DNA of 32,000 nucleotides from Mycobacterium tuberculosis H37Rv (GTDB lineage Bacteria; Actinomycetota; Actinomycetes; Mycobacteriales; Mycobacteriaceae): NCBI RefSeq assembly GCF_000195955.2, contig NC_000962.3, positions 870,001 to 902,000 of the forward strand, read 5' to 3'. Shown piece by piece: positions 18,637 to 29,787 of this stretch (position 1 is its first letter; each line of letters starts with the position of its first letter). The notes under the pieces were generated by a model. It saw only the letters and a program-made list of their open reading frames with translations, ran no database searches and was not told where the DNA came from. The position numbers and the translations under genes were made by a program.

Positions 18637-19016
18637 AATCAAAGATCCTTTCGTCGGACTCTGCCAGCGACGCTACGCGCGCCTAGCGCCGGTGAGCCGT
18701 GCCGGCCTATCGCCCACCAGACGCAAAAGCTCTCGACACGCCGTGCGAAAAGGGACCTTTATGTCTCAGTGTCGGTGTTGTGTGTGCCGCGAGGTGGGTG
18801 TGTCGGTGTGACAGACGCCGTGTCGCGGTGGTTTGTTCCGGATCACCTGGTGTCTGGCTCACTTTGCGTCTGCCGTCCTCTTGGGGTTGGCGTTGAGCAG
18901 TATTGCCGGCACTAGGTGAGAAGGACCGGCCGGCGTGACTTGATAGGAGCGTGGCTTTCGCCCCGACTGAGATGTGTCCGCCGACCGGCCCAACCTCAAC
19001 ACCCCCTCAAGTGAAG

Positions 19017-19020
19017 GAGG
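19017..19020. repeat. Target-site duplication GAGG, left copy
   Basis: GAGG lies immediately outside both IS6110 ends. Confidence 0.8.
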
Positions 19021-19048
19021 TGAACCGCCCCGGCATGTCCGGAGACTC
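19021..19048. repeat. IS6110 left 28-bp inverted repeat
   Basis: tgaaccgccccggcatgtccggagactc; matches the reverse complement of 20348-20375 with 3 mismatches. Confidence 0.95.
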
Positions 19049-19071
19049 CAGTTCTTGGAAAGGATGGGGTC

Positions 19072-19398
19072 ATGTCAGGTGGTTCATCGAGGAGGTACCC
19101 GCCGGAGCTGCGTGAGCGGGCGGTGCGGATGGTCGCAGAGATCCGCGGTCAGCACGATTCGGAGTGGGCAGCGATCAGTGAGGTCGCCCGTCTACTTGGT
19201 GTTGGCTGCGCGGAGACGGTGCGTAAGTGGGTGCGCCAGGCGCAGGTCGATGCCGGCGCACGGCCCGGGACCACGACCGAAGAATCCGCTGAGCTGAAGC
19301 GCTTGCGGCGGGACAACGCCGAATTGCGAAGGGCGAACGCGATTTTAAAGACCGCGTCGGCTTTCTTCGCGGCCGAGCTCGACCGGCCAGCACGCTAA
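19072..19398 (+). CDS. IS6110 OrfA (HTH DNA-binding part of the transposase), 108 aa
   Basis: IS3-family OrfA with an HTH (AISEVARLLGVGCAETVRKWVRQ) and a leucine-zipper-like tail. Confidence 0.95.
   Translation: MSGGSSRRYPPELRERAVRMVAEIRGQHDSEWAAISEVARLLGVGCAETVRKWVRQAQVDAGARPGTTTEESAELKRLRRDNAELRRANAILKTASAFFAAELDRPAR
19343..19349 (+). other. Programmed -1 ribosomal frameshift heptamer TTTTAAA (orfA to orfB)
   Basis: U UUU AAA motif near the end of orfA, with orfB open in the -1 frame from about 19347. This is the standard IS3-family arrangement. Confidence 0.8.
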
Positions 19399-20333
19399 TT
19401 ACCCGGTTCATCGCCGATCATCAGGGCCACCGCGAGGGCCCCGATGGTTTGCGGTGGGGTGTCGAGTCGATCTGCACACAGCTGACCGAGCTGGGTGTGC
19501 CGATCGCCCCATCGACCTACTACGACCACATCAACCGGGAGCCCAGCCGCCGCGAGCTGCGCGATGGCGAACTCAAGGAGCACATCAGCCGCGTCCACGC
19601 CGCCAACTACGGTGTTTACGGTGCCCGCAAAGTGTGGCTAACCCTGAACCGTGAGGGCATCGAGGTGGCCAGATGCACCGTCGAACGGCTGATGACCAAA
19701 CTCGGCCTGTCCGGGACCACCCGCGGCAAAGCCCGCAGGACCACGATCGCTGATCCGGCCACAGCCCGTCCCGCCGATCTCGTCCAGCGCCGCTTCGGAC
19801 CACCAGCACCTAACCGGCTGTGGGTAGCAGACCTCACCTATGTGTCGACCTGGGCAGGGTTCGCCTACGTGGCCTTTGTCACCGACGCCTACGCTCGCAG
19901 GATCCTGGGCTGGCGGGTCGCTTCCACGATGGCCACCTCCATGGTCCTCGACGCGATCGAGCAAGCCATCTGGACCCGCCAACAAGAAGGCGTACTCGAC
20001 CTGAAAGACGTTATCCACCATACGGATAGGGGATCTCAGTACACATCGATCCGGTTCAGCGAGCGGCTCGCCGAGGCAGGCATCCAACCGTCGGTCGGAG
20101 CGGTCGGAAGCTCCTATGACAATGCACTAGCCGAGACGATCAACGGCCTATACAAGACCGAGCTGATCAAACCCGGCAAGCCCTGGCGGTCCATCGAGGA
20201 TGTCGAGTTGGCCACCGCGCGCTGGGTCGACTGGTTCAACCATCGCCGCCTCTACCAGTACTGCGGCGACGTCCCGCCGGTCGAACTCGAGGCTGCCTAC
20301 TACGCTCAACGCCAGAGACCAGCCGCCGGCTGA
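19347..20333 (+). CDS. IS6110 OrfB (DDE catalytic domain), expressed as an OrfAB fusion
   Basis: DD(35)E residues in VADLTYV, HTDRGSQYTS and NALAETINGLYKTE. The frame is open upstream of the first ATG (19449) back to the slippery site. Confidence 0.9.
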   Translation, partial: KDRVGFLRGRARPASTLITRFIADHQGHREGPDGLRWGVESICTQLTELGVPIAPSTYYDHINREPSRRELRDGELKEHISRVHAANYGVYGARKVWLTLNREGIEVARCTVERLMTKLGLSGTTRGKARRTTIADPATARPADLVQRRFGPPAPNRLWVADLTYVSTWAGFAYVAFVTDAYARRILGWRVASTMATSMVLDAIEQAIWTRQQEGVLDLKDVIHHTDRGSQYTSIRFSERLAEAGIQPSVGAVGSSYDNALAETINGLYKTELIKPGKPWRSIEDVELATARWVDWFNHRRLYQYCGDVPPVELEAAYYAQRQRPAAG

Positions 20334-20347
20334 GGTCTCAGATCAGA

Positions 20348-20375
20348 GAGTCTCCGGACTCACCGGGGCGGTTCA
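20348..20375. repeat. IS6110 right 28-bp inverted repeat
   Basis: gagtctccggactcaccggggcggttca. Confidence 0.95.
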
Positions 20376-20379
20376 GAGG
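20376..20379. repeat. Target-site duplication GAGG, right copy
   Basis: GAGG lies immediately outside both IS6110 ends. Confidence 0.8.
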
Positions 20380-20387
20380 CAACCACC

Positions 20388-21482
20388 ATGGTTGTTGTTG
20401 GAACCGATGCGCACAAGTACAGCCACACCTTTGTGGCCACCGACGAAGTGGGTCGCCAACTCGGTGAGAAGACCGTCAAGGCCACCACGGCCGGGCACGC
20501 CACAGCCATCATGTGGGCCCGTGAACAGTTCGGCCTCGAGCTGATCTGGGGCATCGAGGACTGCCGCAACATGTCGGCGCGTCTGGAGCGTGACCTACTG
20601 GCGGCCGGCCAGCAGGTGGTGCGGGTACCCACCAAGCTGATGGCCCAGACCCGCAAGTCGGCGCGCAGTCGGGGCAAGTCGGATCCGATCGATGCGCTGG
20701 CGGTGGCGCGGGCGGTGATGCGTGAAACCGACCTACCCCTGGCCACCCACGACGAGACGTCGCGGGAGTTGAAGTTGTTGACTGACCGTCGAGATGTCCT
20801 TGTGGCCCAACGCACGTCGGCGATCAACCGGTTGCGCTGGCTCGTCCATGAACTCGATCCCGAGCGGGCACCGGCAGCACGCTCGCTCGATGCCGCCAAG
20901 CACCAGCAGGCCCTGCGGACCTGGCTGGACACCCAGCCAGGATTGGTCGCCGAACTCGCGCGCGCCGAGCTGACCGACATCATCCGGCTCACCGGCGAGA
21001 TCAACACCCTAGCCCAGCGCATCAGCGCCCGAGTCCACCAGGTCGCCCCCGCACTGCTGGAAATCCCTGGCTGCGCGGAGCTGACTGCAGCCAAAATCGT
21101 CGGCGAAGCCGCCGGAGTGACCCGGTTCAAAAGCGAAGCCGCCTTCGCCTGCCATGCCGCAGTGGCTCCCATCCCGGTGTGGTCGGGCAACACCGCCGGC
21201 CAGATGCGGCTCAGCCGCTCGGGCAACCGCCAGCTCAACGCCGCCCTACACCGCATCGCACTGACCCAAATCCGGATGACCGACAGCCGGGGCCAGGCCT
21301 ACTACCAAAGGCTGCAAGACGCCGGGAAAACCAAACGCGCAGCACTACGCTGCCTCAAACGCCGCCTAGCCCGCACCGTCTTCCAGGCCCTGCGCACCGT
21401 CCACCAGCCCAGCTCCGAACACACCCAACCCGCGGCCGCTTGCCATAGGAGCTATTGCTCGCGCTCGTGCCTTAGTGGCTGA
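20388..21482 (+). CDS. IS1547 transposase/recombinase, IS110 family (DEDD RuvC-like N-domain + Ser-containing C-domain), 364 aa
   Basis: VVGTDAHK, WGIEDC and KSDPIDALAVA motifs, plus C-terminal ..SGN..RLSRSGNRQLNAALHRIA.. The last ~17 codons run through the 34-bp repeat and overlap the cfp29 stop. Confidence 0.9.
   Translation: MVVVGTDAHKYSHTFVATDEVGRQLGEKTVKATTAGHATAIMWAREQFGLELIWGIEDCRNMSARLERDLLAAGQQVVRVPTKLMAQTRKSARSRGKSDPIDALAVARAVMRETDLPLATHDETSRELKLLTDRRDVLVAQRTSAINRLRWLVHELDPERAPAARSLDAAKHQQALRTWLDTQPGLVAELARAELTDIIRLTGEINTLAQRISARVHQVAPALLEIPGCAELTAAKIVGEAAGVTRFKSEAAFACHAAVAPIPVWSGNTAGQMRLSRSGNRQLNAALHRIALTQIRMTDSRGQAYYQRLQDAGKTKRAALRCLKRRLARTVFQALRTVHQPSSEHTQPAAACHRSYCSRSCLSG
21432..21465. 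repeat. 34-bp element at the IS1547 right edge, 32/34 identical to 11043-11076
   Basis: Manual alignment. A degenerate partial copy (cttgataggagc) is also present at 18939-18950. Confidence 0.85.
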
Positions 21483-22269
21483 GCGCGACCGACGCCTCGG
21501 CGGTGTAGCAAAGGAACGTCAGCGTCTCCTGCAGGTAGAGGCGCACGGTGTCCGTGTCGTGGCTGGCGTACCCGATTGCAACGTCGGTGCCCAGCTGTAG
21601 GTCGAAGTCGCCGCCTCGAGTGGTCAGCACGAACGCGCCGTCGATGGCCGGGGCCCAAATGATGTCCCCGTCCACCAGCCGGTTCAGATGCTCACGGATG
21701 GGATAGCCGTGATCGGAAGTCTCGCTAACCTTGGTGTAGACGTCAGCAGAGAGCAACACCGAATACGGTCCGTCCACACCGGCCAACCGCAGTTCGGACA
21801 ATGCCTGGGAGATGACATCAGGGATTTCACGGGGATCCTCGGGCAACGTCAGCGCCGGGTTCGAACTCGCGCTGCGGATCCCTTCGATTGATGCGGCGCT
21901 GTAGCCTTCGAATATTGTGCGGTCCTCGACGAAGGCCAGCTTCTTGGCCGCCTCCTTTACCGGTTCCCAATCGGAGTCCTTAGAGCCACGTTCCACGTCG
22001 TCGATCTCGTTGCGCGACAGGGTAAACGGAACCCGTAGCCGGACAAGGGGTTTGCTGGCCCGCAGGTGGGCGATCACGCCGTTGGTTGGTGCCTTAACAT
22101 CGATCAGCCGGCCGGTGCTGACCGCCGCGGTGACGGGCCCCCCGGGATCACTGACATCGACCACCCGGCGCCCGGCGATGTGTCGCTTGAACGTCCGCGC
22201 CGCCTCCAATTCGATTTCCGCCCAAGCGGCTTCGGTGACCGGTGCCAAATCGCGGTAGAGATTGTTCAT
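21472..22269 (-). CDS. cfp29: Family 1 encapsulin shell protein (HK97 fold), 265 aa, CFP29
   Basis: N-terminus MNNLYRDLAPVTEAAWAEIELEAARTFKRHIAGRRVVDV is typical of encapsulins (linocin M18-like). Lies immediately downstream of a DyP cargo gene. Confidence 0.93.
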   Translation of the reverse strand: MNNLYRDLAPVTEAAWAEIELEAARTFKRHIAGRRVVDVSDPGGPVTAAVSTGRLIDVKAPTNGVIAHLRASKPLVRLRVPFTLSRNEIDDVERGSKDSDWEPVKEAAKKLAFVEDRTIFEGYSAASIEGIRSASSNPALTLPEDPREIPDVISQALSELRLAGVDGPYSVLLSADVYTKVSETSDHGYPIREHLNRLVDGDIIWAPAIDGAFVLTTRGGDFDLQLGTDVAIGYASHDTDTVRLYLQETLTFLCYTAEASVALSH

Positions 22270-23273
22270 CGGGGGCTTCCTTTCAAGCTGCCGATCGATA
22301 GCGACCCGGCTGCCAGAGTTGGCGTCGCCGCCTGCGGTAGGGGCGGTGGATGGTCGAGAAAGTCGATGGTGGGTGAGAAGAACAGTCCGCCGGTCACCGC
22401 GGTGGAAAAGTCAAGCACTCGATCGGTGTTGCCTGCCGGATCGCCGAGAAACATGTTGCGCAGCATCTGCTCGGTCACCGTTGGCGTGCGCGAATATCCG
22501 ATGAAGTAAGTGCCGTACTCGCCCTTGCCGACTTCGCCGAACGGCATGTTGTGTCGCACGATCTTGCGCTCGGTGCCGTCGTCGTCGGTGATGACGTTGA
22601 GCGCTACGTGTGAATTGGCTGGCTTCGCGTTGTCGTCGAGTTCGATGTCGTCGAGCTTGGTCCGGCCGATCACACGCTCCTGCTCGGTGACCGAGAGGGA
22701 TTCCCACGAGGCCATATCGTGCACATACTTCTGCACGTGCACATAACACGAGCCGGCGAAATTTCGATCCTCGTCACCGATCGTGGTGGCCTTGATGGCG
22801 ATTGGGCCACTTGGGTTTTCGGTGCCATCGACAAAGCCCAGCAGATCACGGTTGTCGAAAAACCGGAAGCCGTGCACTTCGTCGACAACGGTCACCGCAT
22901 CGCCCATCGACTTGAGAATGCGGCCAGCCAACTCGAAGCACACGTCCATGGTCTCGGCCCGGATGTGGAACAACAGATCGCCGGGAGTTGCCGGGGCGGT
23001 ATGCCGTGGTCCGGTCAGCTCGACGAACGGATGCAGCTCGGTGGGTCGAGGTCCGGCGAACAAGCGGTCCCAGGCGTCGGACCCGATCGAGACGACCACG
23101 GACAAGTGTTTGGTCGGGTCACGGAAGCCGATCGCACGCACCAGGCCGGAGATCTTCGACAGTGCGTCGTGCACCGTCGCCTCGCCGTCGGCGCCGATGG
23201 TGGCGACCAGGAAGATCGCGGCCGGAGTCAACGGCGCCAGAATCGGCTGCGGAGAGACAGCAGGCACAGCCAC
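22266..23273 (-). CDS. DyP-type heme peroxidase, encapsulin cargo, 335 aa (GTG start)
   Basis: DyP GxxDG motif LLGFVDGTENP and a C-terminal encapsulin targeting peptide. Its TGA overlaps the cfp29 ATG (ATGA). Confidence 0.92.
   Translation of the reverse strand: MAVPAVSPQPILAPLTPAAIFLVATIGADGEATVHDALSKISGLVRAIGFRDPTKHLSVVVSIGSDAWDRLFAGPRPTELHPFVELTGPRHTAPATPGDLLFHIRAETMDVCFELAGRILKSMGDAVTVVDEVHGFRFFDNRDLLGFVDGTENPSGPIAIKATTIGDEDRNFAGSCYVHVQKYVHDMASWESLSVTEQERVIGRTKLDDIELDDNAKPANSHVALNVITDDDGTERKIVRHNMPFGEVGKGEYGTYFIGYSRTPTVTEQMLRNMFLGDPAGNTDRVLDFSTAVTGGLFFSPTIDFLDHPPPLPQAATPTLAAGSLSIGSLKGSPR
22269..22313 (-). other. Encapsulin cargo-loading (targeting) peptide AAGSLSIGSLKGSPR at the DyP C-terminus
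   Basis: Codon-by-codon translation checked. It matches the SL-IGSLKG-type consensus of family 1 cargo peptides and is preceded by a Pro/Ala-rich linker. Confidence 0.85.
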
Positions 23274-23317
23274 GACCCTAACGTCCCTGCAATACCGGTG
23301 ATGCTAGACATGGCTAC

Positions 23318-24619
23318 ATGGCGGCCACGGCACACGGCCTGTGCGAATTCATCGACGCGTCCCCGTCGCCGTTTCACGTCTGCGCGACGGTGGCGGGACG
23401 GCTGCTCGGCGCCGGATACCGCGAGCTGCGCGAAGCGGATCGCTGGCCGGACAAACCGGGCCGGTACTTCACCGTCCGGGCTGGCTCGCTGGTGGCGTGG
23501 AACGCCGAGCAGAGCGGGCACACGCAGGTCCCATTCCGGATCGTCGGCGCGCACACCGACAGCCCCAATCTGCGGGTCAAGCAGCATCCGGACAGGCTCG
23601 TCGCCGGCTGGCACGTGGTGGCGCTGCAACCGTATGGGGGAGTTTGGCTGCACTCCTGGCTGGATCGCGATCTGGGCATCAGCGGGCGGCTATCGGTGCG
23701 TGACGGTACCGGGGTCAGCCACCGGCTGGTCCTGATCGACGACCCGATCCTGCGGGTGCCGCAGCTGGCGATTCACCTGGCCGAGGACCGCAAGTCGCTC
23801 ACGCTCGATCCGCAACGACACATCAACGCTGTATGGGGCGTGGGAGAGCGGGTGGAGTCCTTTGTGGGGTACGTCGCTCAGCGCGCCGGGGTGGCGGCGG
23901 CCGACGTGCTGGCCGCGGACCTGATGACCCATGACTTGACCCCGTCGGCGCTGATCGGCGCTTCGGTCAACGGCACTGCCAGCCTGCTCAGCGCGCCGCG
24001 GCTGGACAACCAGGCCAGTTGCTATGCCGGGATGGAGGCACTGCTGGCCGTGGACGTGGACTCGGCGTCGAGCGGATTCGTGCCCGTGCTGGCGATTTTC
24101 GACCACGAGGAGGTGGGATCGGCCTCGGGCCACGGCGCACAGTCCGATCTGCTATCCAGCGTGCTCGAACGCATCGTGCTCGCGGCGGGCGGCACCCGGG
24201 AGGACTTCCTGCGCCGACTGACCACCTCGATGCTCGCCTCGGCCGACATGGCGCATGCGACGCACCCCAACTACCCGGACCGTCACGAGCCGAGCCACCC
24301 GATCGAAGTCAACGCGGGTCCGGTGCTCAAGGTGCACCCAAATCTGCGCTACGCCACCGACGGACGCACCGCGGCGGCGTTCGCACTGGCCTGCCAGCGC
24401 GCGGGAGTGCCTATGCAGCGTTACGAACATCGCGCCGATCTGCCGTGCGGGTCGACGATCGGGCCGTTGGCCGCGGCGCGCACCGGAATCCCCACGGTCG
24501 ACGTCGGCGCCGCCCAGCTGGCGATGCACTCCGCGCGAGAGTTGATGGGCGCTCACGACGTAGCCGCCTATTCGGCGGCACTGCAAGCGTTTCTTTCCGC
24601 CGAGCTATCCGAGGCATAG
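23318..24619 (+). CDS. pepC: M18-family aspartyl aminopeptidase, 433 aa
   Basis: Motifs [22 protein letters not shown] and [10 protein letters not shown] are typical of M18 peptidases. Confidence 0.9.
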   Translation: MAATAHGLCEFIDASPSPFHVCATVAGRLLGAGYRELREADRWPDKPGRYFTVRAGSLVAWNAEQSGHTQVPFRIVGAHTDSPNLRVKQHPDRLVAGWHVVALQPYGGVWLHSWLDRDLGISGRLSVRDGTGVSHRLVLIDDPILRVPQLAIHLAEDRKSLTLDPQRHINAVWGVGERVESFVGYVAQRAGVAAADVLAADLMTHDLTPSALIGASVNGTASLLSAPRLDNQASCYAGMEALLAVDVDSASSGFVPVLAIFDHEEVGSASGHGAQSDLLSSVLERIVLAAGGTREDFLRRLTTSMLASADMAHATHPNYPDRHEPSHPIEVNAGPVLKVHPNLRYATDGRTAAAFALACQRAGVPMQRYEHRADLPCGSTIGPLAAARTGIPTVDVGAAQLAMHSARELMGAHDVAAYSAALQAFLSAELSEA

Positions 24620-24630
24620 GGTCGGGCGGT

Positions 24631-25763
<1,133 letters not shown>

Positions 25764-25771
25764 CTAGCTAG

Positions 25772-28710
<2,939 letters not shown>

Positions 28711-28783
28711 TCGCGGGGTCGGGCCCCTGGTGATCGTGGAACGGCTCACAACAGCGCGGACCTGGTCGGCGGCGCCGCTATAC

Positions 28784-28808
28784 TGATTGGTCACTGTCTA
28801 ACCAATCA
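28784..28808. promoter_or_regulatory. Perfect 8-9-8 inverted repeat TGATTGGT-cactgtcta-ACCAATCA upstream of the phosphodiesterase gene
   Basis: Read directly from the sequence. It abuts a TATACT -10-like hexamer (28779-28784) and precedes the SD ggagaggg (28811-28818). Confidence 0.45.
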
Positions 28809-28830
28809 ATGGAGAGGGTTGGCACCTCAG

Positions 28831-29787
28831 GTGCATAGACTTAGGGCCGCGGAGCATCCGCGGCCGGATTACGTTCTCTTACATATCAGCGACACTCATC
28901 TCATCGGGGGGGATCGTCGGCTCTACGGGGCGGTGGACGCCGACGACCGGCTGGGCGAACTGCTCGAACAGTTGAACCAATCCGGCCTTCGTCCCGATGC
29001 GATCGTCTTCACCGGCGATTTGGCCGATAAGGGCGAACCGGCGGCATACCGCAAGCTCCGAGGCCTGGTCGAGCCGTTCGCGGCGCAGTTGGGCGCCGAG
29101 CTCGTCTGGGTGATGGGTAACCACGACGACCGGGCCGAACTACGCAAATTCTTGCTGGACGAAGCGCCATCGATGGCGCCGCTAGACCGGGTGTGCATGA
29201 TCGACGGTCTGCGCATCATCGTGTTGGATACCTCGGTACCCGGACATCATCACGGCGAAATCCGCGCGTCCCAATTGGGTTGGCTTGCTGAAGAGTTGGC
29301 CACGCCAGCGCCGGACGGCACCATTTTGGCGTTGCATCATCCGCCGATTCCGAGTGTTTTGGATATGGCCGTCACGGTGGAGCTGCGCGACCAGGCTGCG
29401 CTTGGGCGAGTGCTGCGGGGCACTGACGTTCGCGCCATTTTGGCCGGGCACCTGCACTACTCGACGAATGCCACCTTCGTCGGGATCCCAGTGTCGGTTG
29501 CCTCGGCGACTTGCTACACCCAGGACCTGACCGTCGCTGCTGGAGGAACGCGTGGCAGAGACGGCGCCCAAGGTTGCAACCTGGTGCACGTCTATCCGGA
29601 CACCGTCGTGCATTCGGTGATTCCGCTGGGCGGCGGAGAAACGGTCGGCACCTTTGTCTCACCCGGGCAGGCGCGACGCAAAATCGCCGAGAGCGGCATT
29701 TTCATCGAACCGTCGCGTCGCGATTCGCTATTCAAGCACCCTCCGATGGTGCTGACGTCCTCGGCACCGCGAAGTCCCGTCGACTGA
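28831..29787 (+). CDS. Class III cyclic nucleotide phosphodiesterase (metallophosphoesterase), 318 aa from GTG 28831 (recalled as Rv0805)
   Basis: Calcineurin-like motifs ISDTHL, GDLADKG, GNHD, HHPP and GHLH. GTG 28831 is correctly spaced from the SD; the TTG at 28819 abuts it. Confidence 0.9.

Larger units (their letters stand above)
19021..20375 (+). mobile_element. IS6110 (IS3 family), complete 1355-bp copy
   Basis: Terminal sequences TGAACCGCCCCGGCATGTCCGGAGACTC and GAGTCTCCGGACTCACCGGGGCGGTTCA, orfA/orfB with a slippery site, and flanking GAGG duplication. Confidence 0.97.
18926..21465 (+). mobile_element. IS1547-like IS110-family element interrupted by IS6110; left boundary NOT resolved and may lie up to ~200 bp further left
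   Basis: Contains an IS110-family DEDD transposase. The sequence flanking IS6110 is continuous (SD + ATG) once IS6110 is removed. The right edge is placed at the end of the 34-bp repeat, just before the cfp29 stop codon. IS110-family elements lack terminal IRs, so the ends cannot be read directly. Confidence 0.5.

Noticed and set aside
18769-18830. Three GTGTCG(C)GTG copies considered as a CRISPR, VNTR or MIRU-type array
   Set aside because: The units are only 10-11 nt, spacing is irregular (31 and 20 nt), and no repeat-spacer architecture or tandem unit is present. I kept it only as a structural feature of the IS1547 left arm.
17620-18915. 431-aa + strand ORF
   Set aside because: Lies entirely antisense to the well-supported LpdB-like reductase. 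It has Arg/Gly/Ala/Pro-rich low-complexity composition and no recognisable motifs. This is a typical high-GC shadow ORF.
20360-21256. 298-aa minus-strand ORF
   Set aside because: Antisense to the IS1547 recombinase. It is Ser/Arg/Ala-rich, has no motifs, and begins in the terminal bases of IS6110.
22719-23735. 338-aa + strand ORF
   Set aside because: Antisense to the DyP peroxidase and out of frame with pepC. Arg-rich composition; shadow ORF.
24019-24630. 5' extension of the VOC-protein ORF (track gives 319 aa)
   Set aside because: The extension overlaps pepC in another frame and is Arg/Gly-rich. The conserved VOC domain starts at ATG 24631, right after the pepC stop.
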